A DNA stretch of 64,000 bases from Pecten maximus (taxonomy: Eukaryota). A program made the translations under genes and the position numbers. Positions 12,469 to 25,210 of the stretch are shown here, piece by piece; the stretch's first letter is position 1; every line of letters begins with the position of its first letter. The notes beneath the pieces were generated by a model. It was not told the origin of the DNA. It saw only the letters and a list, made by a program, of their open reading frames with translations, and made no database searches. Location of the stretch: the NCBI RefSeq assembly GCF_902652985.1, contig NC_047020.1:9610001-9674000 (forward strand), written 5' to 3'.

Positions 12469-14109
12469 ATGAGTTCTAATATCGGAACATCCATCGGCGG
12501 AGCATTTATCAACTGGTTTTCCGAGGATGTTATGCCAAAATTTGCTACAGCTGTCGACTTGACTGTACTGCTCATTAGCATAATCCTCAATGTTCTCCTG
12601 ATAGTAATGTTCAACAAGAAACATTTGTTCCTGGATCCTGCTAATAGACTTGTGTTTCAGCTGATTATTGTGGATATTCTCGCTTGGCTGTTTATTCTCA
12701 TCCCAGGGGCGGTGGTAGCCTTGAGGGGACAATGGGATCTACCAATGTCTGTGTGTTACGCCCAGGTGGTTATGGTGAACTCCATCTACCTTGTGATGTT
12801 CGGTCTCATCACTACGTTATTTATAGAGAGGACAGTTTTAGTTAGGAATCCAAAGTTACACGAGAAAGTGTTTGGAAAGGTTTCCCATGTTAATATAATT
12901 TCATTTCTAATCTGGGGTATCGATTTCGGCATCGCTTCCGTTCCGACGTCTGGATGGAGTCGCATTGACTACGACTTCTATCATGGAAGTTGTACTGTCT
13001 ATCACGAATCCAACGTATACTATGCCATTATACTGTTTATGTTCGGCATGGGATTATCCATCTTGTCCGGTGTTGTCTGCGTTCCTATAATTCTAAAATC
13101 ACGAAAGGAGAGAATCGTGTTTGAAAATGCAGAAGCCGCTAAGATTGAGGCAGAACTTCGTCGTAAGAAGCGGATGGAGACAATCGCAGAAGAGAAAAAA
13201 GAAGCAGAAAAAAATAAAGACGACAAGGATTTAGAAAAGAAATCTCTTACTCCTCATGCCAAACAAGGATGGACAGACACTAAACAACCAGATCAACATA
13301 AAGATAATAAAACAAGGAACAGGAAAGGGAAAAAGAGAGCACGGCGTGCTAGAACGCCGAAACGGCGAGACAAGCGTCTACTAGAGGATGATTACGATGA
13401 CCCCGACTTCCACCTTACGGTCACATATTTGATAATGTGGGTACTTATATTGATATTGTGGCTACCTTACTTTATAGTGGTATTCCGACACGCGATCAGC
13501 AACGATCTAGAGTTCTGGAGAGGATACTACTCTATTACCATCATAATTGCCCTCTTCAGTTTTTGTATCAAACCGATCATATATCTGTCTCATAATAGAC
13601 ATATGCAAGAGAAAACAAAGAATACTATCCCAGACAATGTCGTCAATAGAGCAACAGCCCTTCGGATGTCTTTCAGTGACGTTGTTGACAAACTCGATAA
13701 AATAGTGTTTAAATCTCCAAGGCCTCAGCCGTCTATCCAGACGACGGTGAAAGCCCATTCTATAGCTATGAATTGGATGAAGAAGTCGAATGTGAAAGGC
13801 GAAGAAGCTAAACCAGAAGTGAGGGGTACGGGAGATAATGGTAAAGATACAAACAAATTTGACAAATCACAAAACCCTGGGAACGAAATAGCTAAAAACG
13901 AAACGGACATTTCTAAGTCGATTTCTCCTAACCCGTCTGAGGAAGCGGGTATACTCCCTAAGGTGACTACCTCCACATCACCAGGTCCATTGGAAACTAG
14001 TACTGCTATAGGGGCCAGGGAATCAACCTTGATCGATATCGAGGGCACCGAACAAGTAACGGACAGGTGGCCATTGACTAGATCACCAGAACACATTTCA
14101 CGTATGTGA
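12469..14109 (+). CDS. Intronless class A orphan GPCR, 546 aa, paralog of the 4989-6473 gene
   Basis: Seven TM segments; QLIIVD (TM2), FIERT (TM3), LWLPY (TM6), CIKPIIYLSHNR (TM7/helix 8, nearly identical to the first GPCR); charged/basic ICL3 and long C-tail. Confidence 0.9.
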   Translation: MSSNIGTSIGGAFINWFSEDVMPKFATAVDLTVLLISIILNVLLIVMFNKKHLFLDPANRLVFQLIIVDILAWLFILIPGAVVALRGQWDLPMSVCYAQVVMVNSIYLVMFGLITTLFIERTVLVRNPKLHEKVFGKVSHVNIISFLIWGIDFGIASVPTSGWSRIDYDFYHGSCTVYHESNVYYAIILFMFGMGLSILSGVVCVPIILKSRKERIVFENAEAAKIEAELRRKKRMETIAEEKKEAEKNKDDKDLEKKSLTPHAKQGWTDTKQPDQHKDNKTRNRKGKKRARRARTPKRRDKRLLEDDYDDPDFHLTVTYLIMWVLILILWLPYFIVVFRHAISNDLEFWRGYYSITIIIALFSFCIKPIIYLSHNRHMQEKTKNTIPDNVVNRATALRMSFSDVVDKLDKIVFKSPRPQPSIQTTVKAHSIAMNWMKKSNVKGEEAKPEVRGTGDNGKDTNKFDKSQNPGNEIAKNETDISKSISPNPSEEAGILPKVTTSTSPGPLETSTAIGARESTLIDIEGTEQVTDRWPLTRSPEHISRM

Positions 14110-14599
14110 TAGTTCAATCCACGGGTTAAGTGTATGACATTTATTATGTTTAATTACACTATTTAATGTATCTGGTTTGTGTTTAATAGATGATTCTGGA
14201 TGAATTTCCACTTATATTGCATATTACATATTAGATTGATGAAATGAGGATTTTTAAAAAAAAATTATACTCTCAAACAAAGGTAAAGCTGAAACTCGCG
14301 ATGAGGTTTAATGTCTCACATAGAACGGGAATGATTCTGAGATTATAAGGACCACTTGATTTGTTTAAACATCAAACACATTATTTCGTAGATATTTACT
14401 GACCAAAATGCAGTTTCAAATGTTATCTTTATTTTACAAATCTTTCGTTTTTGGCATGAAATTTTTCTGACACCATGAAAATATTAGGGTACTTTCACAA
14501 ATTATCGCAAATCAAAGCCCAAAGTATGTGGTTACACTTCATGTGTTCATAACACATCTACACGTGCATGTGTGCACACTGTAATGGGTACAATCGCAA

Positions 14600-16596
14600 T
14601 GTTAACGGGGTAGTTATATAATTATTGTCATGACACTAATACTAGGTTATAGATATGTGATGGGTGTTACCACACCTGTTAACAGTGTCATAACATCCTA
14701 AACATAACTGTCAGGGTAGTTATGTGATGGGTGCTATAACACTGATAACAGGGTAGTTATGTGATATGTGTTATAACACTGATGGCGGGGAAGTTATGTG
14801 ATGTATGTTATAAAACTGATAACAGGTAGTTATGCGATATACACTGTATGTTATAACACTGATAACAGGGTAGTTATGCGATATACACTGTATGTTATAA
14901 CACTGATAACAGGGTAGTTATGCGATATACACTGTATGTTATAACACTGGTAACAGGGTAGTTATGCGATATGTGTTATAACACTGATGGCGGGGTAGTT
15001 ATGTGATGTATGTTATAAAACTGATAACAGGGTAGTTATGTGATATGTGTTATAACACTGATGGCGGGGAAGTTATGTGATATATGTTATAAAACTGATA
15101 ACAGGTAGTTATGCGATATACACTGTATGTTATAACACTGGTAACAGGGTAGTTATATGATGGGTGTTATGACTCTGAAAACAAGGTAGCTATGTGATAT
15201 GTTATGACTCTGATAACAAGGTAGCTATGTGATATGTGTTATAACACTGATAACCGGGTATAGATATATGATGATTGTTATGACTTTGATAACAGAGTAA
15301 ATATATGTGAATGGTGTTACGACACTGATAATAAGGTAGTTATTTGATTGGTGTGTTATGAAACTGATAAGAGGGAGGTAGCCTAATGGGTGTTATGAAA
15401 CTGATAATATGGTAGTATTTCTATTGGTGGTATTATACTGGTGACAGTGTATTTATGTGATGTGTTTTATGACACTGATAAGAAGGTATCTTCTGGATGG
15501 TGTTATGGTAATGCTAACAGTGGTTATATGATGGTGTTATGAGAACGATAATATCGTAGTTACATATAGTCAATTGTTATTATGACATATATAACCTGGT
15601 AGTTTTTTGCGGGTATTATGGCACCTATTACCTGATAGTTATTGAATGCGTGTTATGACACTACTGACACGATGGTTATTTGATGGGTGTTATGACACTG
15701 ATGACACGATAGTTATTTGATGGGTGTTATGACACTGATGACACGATAGTTATTGAATGCGTGTTATGACACTGATGACACGATAGTTATTTGATGGGTG
15801 TTATGACACTGATGACACGATAGTTATTTGATGGGTGTTATGACACTGATGACACGACAGTTATTTGATGGGTGTTATGACACTGATGACACGATAGTTA
15901 TTTGATGGGTGTTATGACACTGATGACGGGGCAGTTATTTGATGGGTGTTAAGGCACTAATGACACGATCGTTATTTGATGAGTGTTATGACACTGATGA
16001 CACGATAGTTATTTGATTGGTGTTATGACACTTATGACGGGACAGTTATTTGAGAAGGTGTTATGACACTGATGACGGGGCAGTTATTTGATGGGTGTTA
16101 TGACACTGATGACCTGATAGTTATTGAATGCATGTTATGACACAGATGACACGATGGTTATTTCATGAGTGTTATGACACTGATGACACGATAGTTATTT
16201 GAGAAGGTGTTATGACACTGATGACGGGGCAGTTATTTGCTGGGTGTTATGACACTAATGGCACGATAGTTATTTGATGAGTGTTATGACACTGATGACA
16301 CGATAGTTATTTGATGGGTGTTATGGCACTGATGACGGGGCAGTTATTTGATGGGTGTTATGACACTGATGACACGATAGTTATTTGATGGGTGTTATGA
16401 CACTGATGACACGATAGTTTTGTTGATGGGTGTTATGAAACTGATGACACGATAGTTATTTGATGAGTGTTATGACACTTATGACGGGGCAGTTATTTGA
16501 TGGGTGTTATGAAACTGATGACACGATAGTTTTGTTGATGGGTGTTATGACACTGATGGCACGATAGTTATTTGATGGGTGTTATGACACTGATGC
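14600..16596. repeat. Compound minisatellite, ~37-bp unit with two related sub-arrays
   Basis: Left variant gggtagttatgtgatatgtgttataacactgataaca (some 43-bp units), a degenerate middle, and right variant gatagttatttgatgggtgttatgacactgatgacac. Confidence 0.95.
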
Positions 16597-17384
16597 TACA
16601 CCATGGAATTTGTTTTGTTACCTACAATCTGTTTCATCGTCATTCCATTTATACATTCAACAACACTATAGTGCTGTCATATTTGTAATGTAGTATAGAG
16701 CGCGAGTACCGCGGTTATAGGTAATGGGATGTTTGTGAATATATTTTATTTTTTGTATTGTTTTCATAGTTTGATTGATCAGAAGATTATAGTAATTGGG
16801 AAACCATTTGTACATTTAATGTTTAATAAACATTACGACTCGCCTCATTGGGACTAAATCTATCATTTACGGTCCTGGTCTTAAACACATTATAGTGTGT
16901 ATCTCAACACGATTACTCTTGACAAGAACTGCTTACGTTCTTTCCAATTTCATAAAGTAAATAAAATAAAACATTAACAATATATTTTTTTTTATTAATT
17001 AAAAACAACAACACTTATCAGCGTTTCCTCATTGTCTGTCTTCCATGTTGTTAACAAAGACACTCACATACAATTTTGAAAACTGTCTCCATTGGTGAGC
17101 CTTTGTATTGGCCTATGAAGCAGAGAGATATGGTGGGCCTTCTAACGTATGTAACGGGCTGAGTAAGATGATAAGTAGTGTTCAACGTTACAAAAATGCC
17201 GAAGATATTGGTATCTGGTATAGTAAGGGATCGCAAAGAATCTTCACACGATTAATGATAACAAATGACTATCGTTGTTAGATCGATATAATTATTTTAA
17301 AATCCAGCATCAATAGATGGAACTGTATTGCATTAAAACATCTTTACATTGCGCAATCATACATGAGGGCTATGTGTTGAGCCT

Positions 17385-17599
17385 AGAGAGTACATGATAA
17401 ACTGACGAGTTTATGGCGACTTTGAACCTACGAGAGCACTTGATAAATTGTTGAGTTCATAGCGACTTTGAACCTACGAAAGCACTTGATAAATTGTTGA
17501 GTTCATAGCGACTTTGAACCTACGATAGCACTTGATAAATGGTTGAGTTCATAGTGACTTTGAACCTTCGAGAGCACTTTATAAATTGGTGAATTCATG
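17385..17599. repeat. Tandem repeat, 46-bp unit, ~4.5 copies
   Basis: gagcacttgataaattgttgagttcatagcgactttgaacctacga repeated. Confidence 0.9.
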
Positions 17600-17956
17600 A
17601 TAAAGAAGCGCTTTTGTTATCACTTATCATGCACATTTCGCGTTGTAACATGTCATTGCCATAAAGTAAGGGTTTTAAAATAGACTACTGTAGTGTACGT
17701 TAAAGGAACCAACAGATGTGGCATGGTAACGGAAAGCGTATTATTCAAGCTGTGTTTCACTGTTTTGTGAGGGAACATATTCGTAAGATTTCCATCTAAT
17801 ACCGTCATGTAAAGTTATCGAACTCGTCAAAAACCTAGTCAATTACGGAACTCGATTATTCAACTACTCTCGTGCACAATCCTCCATTCTTGTAATTACA
17901 AGAGCACATATATGTAGTTGTCTTACACTGGAAATCGTTCGAACATCCTGTTTGCC

Positions 17957-20900
17957 TCAGCCGAGAAAGTTCAGGTAAGCGACCCTCTCCTCGTTGGAGT
18001 CTCTGTCATTCACCTGCACTTCTATCTCCGCACCTCCGAATGTAAACTGAGCATCCGCTCCTCTGTCGAGTCCCTTGCTGGTGTCGGGCATTTCAATATC
18101 GAGTGACCCAATGCATTCACAGCCCTCGTCCGTAGTATATTGAGGTGATGGATTAGGTGAAATATAAATGTTAAACTTCATGCTTGTTTGAGTAGGGTAC
18201 ACCACGTTATAATGTTGCTTGTTTAAGCTCTGCCACACGGGAATTACCTCACCTTTCTGTGCATGGACACTGAATATATCATTACAATACACTCTTCCGT
18301 CACCTAAAATCCTGATCTTGTCCAATGGGTCTTTTCCAGGAACATACTCTCGCATTGTATCCGTGCCGTATGTATGCCTGCAGATCCGCTCCGTGACTGT
18401 ATCTATCTCATGCCCGTTGATAACGGCACCTTTTAAGACGGCCAGGCCTGCCTCGTTTGGAATAATAAGACGTTTGTTTGGGAACTTGGTGGCAATTTCC
18501 TGTTTGCAGTAGAGGGCATTCTGAGTATCCTCCAACGAGAAGGATGGCCTGAGCCTGTTCCACTTCAGGGTGCTCCATTAGCTTCATCACGTGGTCAATT
18601 ATCATCTGTATGGATTGACGGAATATCGACTGGGCTAGGTCCGATTTAATCCTAAGTTTGTCCATCTTCCAGGTGAGGTTGTTTGCGTATTTCTTGCTTG
18701 TTGAAATGCTCTCCTCGATGGTTTCATTCGGGATTCATCTCTCTAAACGTTTCAAGCAGACTAATTGGGAGAGTAAATGTAATTTTTGCATCTCTCGTTG
18801 AGGAAATCGATCTTTTCTTTGTCTCGAAAGACCTTTGCAACTCTAGATAATCTCCAACATGTTCCTGCTTAAAGTTTTCGAATGCCTCAACCCCCAAGAT
18901 CTCTGACAGAAGCGCTTCAAACTCCTTGTCGACCATGGTTCCTCCCCACTCCCCGCCATTTGCCATATGGACCTCTCTCAGCTTTAGACCTTCCTGTACT
19001 TCATGTACTGTGATGTCAACAGTTCCCCCTATACATATTAAAATACCAAAACACAAAGACTTAAAGCAAATACATTAGACATTGGAACAAATTCCATATT
19101 TCAAGGTCTTAAATTTCAGATTTTGCATTAATTATTTCATAGTTTCAATATCATTGTCTGAAGAATCTACCTTGTACCTGGAATTGTGAGGGACGAACGG
19201 CCGTTTGGAATATATTATTCCACGATATCACTGGGTGCCTTAAGGTCATTAAGTGGCATTGTGAATGTTCCTAACTTGTCGTGTTGTTTTGTAACTTAAC
19301 AAATAATGAGTGATCAATCGAATTTTCATATTTTGCATATTTAAATACTGAATAATCACTTCTCACTTACCCCCAACATCCACCACAATGTATCGCGACC
19401 CAGGTCTAAAAACAGCCAAGTTGTCTCCCCCTTCACCAGCACACATATCCTTAAGTGGGAGGTGTTTGCAGAACAAAGCCGCTGCTTCTGCCTCTAACGA
19501 CAGGATCAGTTGATAGCTTGGAATACCTGCCTGTACGAAATATTGAGCTTACTTAGTAAAACTTTTAGACATGTAATTACGCCCGGCCTGGTTATTCAAA
19601 GTAAATGTAGGTGAGGACGTCCCCGTATACATTTGTTATTAAAACAATCTAGACAGAAAACGTGTGTGGTTGATTTTGATTGATTATTTGTTGATAACAG
19701 AAATTTTTCAAGGAAAGAATCTCCTTGTTTCTTACCTGTTGAGCGCATTCCCTCATGAATTGCTTTGCTCTGTCAGTCCAAATTGCGGGAACGGTAAGGA
19801 CCCAACGGATGTCTGACGGCACAGGTTCAAATCCTTTCTTCTTGCATGTATCTAAGAGATGATCCTTTAAGTACATTATTGCCGCTGCAAATACCTTCAT
19901 TGCGAGCATGAACTTTTTATTCTGGGCGGGAAGTTTCAAGGAACGAGTGATATCCTAAAACAAACACAGTTCTTTAATATTGCGGATTGATTTAGAGATT
20001 TCAAATATGTTAAGACTGTCTTGCTTGAAAGCTTAATAAAAGCAACAGAGAAGTCCGACATGCAAAAAATAAAAAATTAACGATACACATATTATATTTG
20101 GTTCAGTTTAATTCGATTTTAATTGACTAAAACATACTCACGTGTAGGCTATTATTTAAAGATATTAACCCGATTGATCTGTTTTTAGACACCGAATCAA
20201 TATGACTTTACATGTGTATACCAACCTGGCAGAATCTAAGCTATTGATATTTGATTCTGCCAGGTCGGTCTCTTACTATATTGACCTCACCTAGGTCCTT
20301 AATTGATCAAAGATACGAGTCTTCTGCTTCAACTAAACCAAATATTTCTATATTTTACCTTTTGCTCATAAAGCGCCATCTTGAAACGTTTGAAGAAAAA
20401 CCATTCATGATGTATATCTTTATCGATCAGGTCGGCGTACTTGTCCTCTGCTTGGAACCCAAACGTGTCGAAGCTTTCGTCTGGTTTAAAGAGAACACAG
20501 GACGAAGTCTTGAGGGAGGAGAAGTTACCAGAGTCAGTTTGCCACACAAGTGTACAGATATTTAATGGGTTCTGTGTGTACTCCAGCCGCGAGGAATACG
20601 CGTATCCTGAATAGGTGCTGCCGAAGTCCAAAGCTGCTGCTAATATGTACGGATTGTTTTTGAGGTCTTTTTTCTGTAACAAGTAACAACATACTATGTA
20701 TTCAAATATTTGATTTTTAACTTTAAAGAATAATCTAAAAGCTGTTTTTTGTTACTTTTTGTTTTTTTTACATTTTGATGGCTATTCAAATGTAAATTGT
20801 AACAATGTAAAGGTTGTTTCTAAATGAATCATGATGACATTGAAAGGATATTTTGGTAAAGAATTTAACTCTTGTGACGTTTACATTTGTAAAATGGCAG

Positions 20901-21261
20901 TTGTTTCCTCTTCCCAAAAAACCTACGTTTTTGTATATCATTATGAATGCTTCTACATATTGTTGGTAACTCAGTGATTTGTTTAGCCGTGAATTAAAGG
21001 ATAAATTGGGAACAAACGTACAGTAGACACCGAGCTCGGATTATATATACATGTACGTTTTTGATAGAAACGTTCAACGACAATTCGATCAATATAATTT
21101 GATATGATGTATCGTAAAAAGAAAACAAAAAACAAAACAAAAAATGTAGTGCCGGGGTTAAATAATTTTTTCTATTAACATTCTTATAGTATTGATAAAC
21201 GTATGTTATCTAGGCTCACCAGTATCCTTGGCTGTGTCTTCTGTACAACCACTGACTCCAT
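17957..21261 (-). CDS. HSPA12: HSPA12-like (Hsp70-12 family) copy 1, ~601 aa if two +1 frameshifts in the last exon are corrected (pseudogene or consensus error)
   Basis: Exons with GT-AG boundaries: 21220-21261 (MESVVVQKTQPRIL, predicted), 20359-20673 (ALDFGSTYSGY), 19736-19954 (WVLTVPAIW), 19371-19530 (LEAEAAA...VDVG), 17957-19028 (GGTVDITVH, LLVGGYSECP, FGGAEIEV). Extra bases near 18730 and 18504. Confidence 0.88.
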
Positions 21262-24244
21262 CTGAATAAAATAACCACCTGTTAGTGTTGGCTGTGTAAA
21301 ACAGTGGCTGTATATCAAAGTACATTGACTGAAGGGTAACACGGATATATCTACCAACCATGGTAATTATTTATATGTTCATTTTTAACACATACGCTGT
21401 TCTGTATATTTCTGTTAATAATTTAAATAGTTACATGGTGGTGAAACCGAAGATAATATTTTCTTTTGGAAAAAAATACATTTTCCCCACATAAGATAAC
21501 ATTTGGAGTGGGAGGGAGGAACATGCTCTTATCAATCAAGTTGAATTGGAATACCCACAGGTATGGTGAAAAGATCAAGGCGTCTGCTTTGGTAATGAAG
21601 TGGTTTTTTTTTTTTTAATATATATACATTATATGTATATACATGTATATATTAATGTGTTTTAGGTCAGGAAGTTTCGGACGATTTTTCCAAAAATCAC
21701 GTTAAAGTGTGAATAACATGTTCGTTGTATGTAATCGTTTGTAATTTACTAGTGTCTTGATAAAGGGGCGGACCGCCTCGCTAATTCGACATTTTCCCTG
21801 TCGATATTACTTCTCTGACCATATAGATACTAGTATAACACTCATTAAAAGAAAACATTTAAATCCCATTTTTATTTAAAGAACTTACTGAATCATTACG
21901 ACGGTAGAAAAACATGATTTGCTGATCTATTGCCAAAACTGTCATTTAACAAATCGTTGAATTCAAATGGAAACAACATTATACTTTGCATATATTACTA
22001 TCTACTCAGTAAACAAAGAACAAATCTTCATAAATTGGCATTTTAATAAAAAGAAGCGATTCTTATCTGATGTTGCTTCATAAGAACAGGAACATTCTTT
22101 AGACATTGATCATTATTGTACAACGACGTAGGCCAGCCATGCTCCAATATTTTAAACAAAATTTAATGCAGTTGTGAAAATAGATTTAATTTCTCTTCAA
22201 AGAAAAAACCCAACAAAACATTGTATTTATATATTTACCAGAGATTATCTCAAAACAAAATATGACGAGTGATTGTATTCCTGTACATTTTAATTACTCA
22301 CCTCAAGCTGTTCCGTAAACAATATGTAAATCTGCCAGGAGAACGGCACACATTGACACTTCGGCTGGTGGACTGACACACGCAGAAACCAATAGGGAAT
22401 ATCAACATTGAACCGGGAAGTAAATTGGCCGTAACTTTAGTACTGGTCCCCAGACAACCCACTCCATTCTACAACTAACCACCCGTGACTTACGTCTTTT
22501 TCTACAGGTCAAACAGTTACATTTAAAACCACGTTAGCGATACAATATCTAGTTATAAAGCCCGATGCCTGGTGTAATGAAATGGATATACATACATGTA
22601 ATTGAATGCATAATAAAGCGTGTTTATTGACTGGATGTTTGCCTGTGATAACATAATTGTATAAGGAGTGCACATATATATTTTGTCAGAATCGTGTTAG
22701 ATATGATTTAAATATCGTGCATTTTACAAACCGTGAAACTTTGTTTATTGAAAGGAATTTTATAAAAGTTGAAACCTAGCGAACAAATATTAGAATTTAT
22801 TTTTTCAAGAATAACGATAGATTGAAATGATATGATTATCAATACCTGATTTCAATTTATTCAAAGATAGGGTATTGACGCTCAATTCTAGTCCCAGTGA
22901 AAATATTATATATTCATACATGAAATAAATACCCAAGCTATATACACCTGTTTGGTGTGTCAGGACATGAAAACGTTATATTTGGAAGTAAACTTACTAT
23001 CACATGACAAAACGAGACCCCATTATGTCTCTTTCCCGATCAAACATATCACACGCATGGAGTAAAGTACACTGTTAGGTCCTACCACGTAATGGCGGAT
23101 TCATCCATGTTTTTTTCGACCAACAAAGGTTTTATAAATCTGTCTCCAATGGCATCAGAAAAGCAAAATACAGCAAAATGGCATTTCCTTCCGATTCTGT
23201 CTATAAACTCTCTCTCAAAAAAAATTAGAAACAGCAATGATACAATTGAAGACTGTGTACATAAGTTATGACCCCGGGTTCAGAAATACACTACCTACAT
23301 GTACATGGTCATATAGAACACGTGAAATACAAATGGTTCACATTGTGTTCAGTCAGTTTGAGACTTAGAGATGTATTTTAATCGTAAACTTAGTTCCCAA
23401 AATGCACTTTATAGAGTTTAACTGAAATGCTAAAATAACAACGAAATGATGGAAAGAAAGTTTAGTGTATGGAGGTACTAGTATTGAACAGTTGTCAATA
23501 TGATATCAGATCTCTCAATCCTCTCTGAATAACACGAAACACGTGTTAGTGTATTGTAAGCTCGTAGTAACACCATGCACGTGATTCATTCTTATTATTA
23601 CTTATTCTTTATTTGGGCATCATATTTGTCACTTGATGATTTCCAAATATTTAGGCGGTTTAATACGGAACATAGATAAATCCGTGAAAAAATCTTCCCA
23701 TTTTATCGGCGAGTTACTGTTTTCTTGTCTAGAAACACACGGAACCTAGATATCGTCAACAATAACACGTTTACCAAACATAATCCTATGCAGTTGGTCT
23801 TGTGAAGTTTTCAAATGAAAGTGATGTCACTATAGCCTATACGTTTTAATCCACTCTGGTTGCATTTGGTTCTGATGTTATATACAGAACAGGATTTATA
23901 AATATTTTGGAGTTAAAGCTTTCTCCCGGATGGTATCGGTATAATAAAACGGATGACGTATTGGATTGAGGGATATACAACAAGTTTCCTGATTGTCCTC
24001 TGCCATACCTATTACCCTCGGAGTTTTCTCGAGAAATAAACCTGGTCTCGGCAAACAAGAAACTTTATATACCCCCGAAGCCAATACTTCAACTTTATAC
24101 TATTGAACACTATTACTTATCACATAACTGGCATGTTCTACCATGTTATACGCCTCTTTCATCAATATCGTAATGCACGTATGCAATAACACTATTGTGA
24201 CGTCATAAATAATTACTATACGACGTCGCACGATTGTCTCTAGA

Positions 24245-25140
24245 GAAAACCCACCACAAACATACCACAAACCCACCACAAACATACCACAAACATACCT
24301 TACCACAAACATACCACAAACATACCACATACATACCACAAACATACCACAAACATACCACAAACCCACCACAAACATACCACAAACATACCACTCCAGA
24401 CCACTTTTGTTTTTTATTTGACACAAACATACCACAAATAAACCACAAACCCACCACAAACATACCACAAACCCACCACAAACATACCACAAACATACCA
24501 CAAACCCACCACAAACATACCACAAACCCACCACAAACATACCACAAATAATTCACAAACCCACCACAAACCCACCACAAACATACCACAAACCCACCAC
24601 AAACATACCACAAACAAACCACAAACATACCACAAACATACCACAAACCCACCACAAACATACCACAAACCACCACAAAACAACCACACAAACAGTACCA
24701 CAAAACAACCACAAAAAACCACAAACAGTACCAACAACACAGACCACAAACACACAACACAAACACAACACCAAAACCACCACAAACAACCACAACACCA
24801 CCACAACATACCACAAACAACCACACAACAACCACAAACACCACAACAACCAAACCCACCACAAACAACCACAAACACCACACAAACACATACCAACAAA
24901 ACTACCACAAACCTAAACACAAACATACACAAAACCCCACCAAAAAAATACAAAACATACCACAAACATACCACATACATACCACAAACATACCACAAAC
25001 ATACCACATACATACCACAAACATACCACAAACATACCACAAACATACCACAAACCCACCACAAACATACCACAAACATACCACAAACATACCACAAACC
25101 CACCACAAACATACCACAAACATACCACAAACATACCACT
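24245..25140. repeat. 11-bp satellite (cataccacaaa/cccaccacaaa) with a degraded core, followed by T and G homopolymers
   Basis: Directly visible; it accounts for the many VCGMF-type spurious ORFs in the track. Confidence 0.95.
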
Positions 25141-25178
25141 CGAGCCGATCACTGGTCTTATACAGTTTGTTTTTTTTT

Positions 25179-25210
<32 letters not shown>

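Noticed and set aside
4989-14109. GPCRs as opsins because of a TM7 lysine and a GWSR-like ECL2
   Set aside because: The Lys is at 7.49; the retinal-binding position six residues earlier (K296 equivalent) is Asp in one receptor and Leu in the other.
24100-25152. Long VCGMF/WYV-rich ORFs
   Set aside because: They are translations of an 11-bp satellite that is open in several frames.
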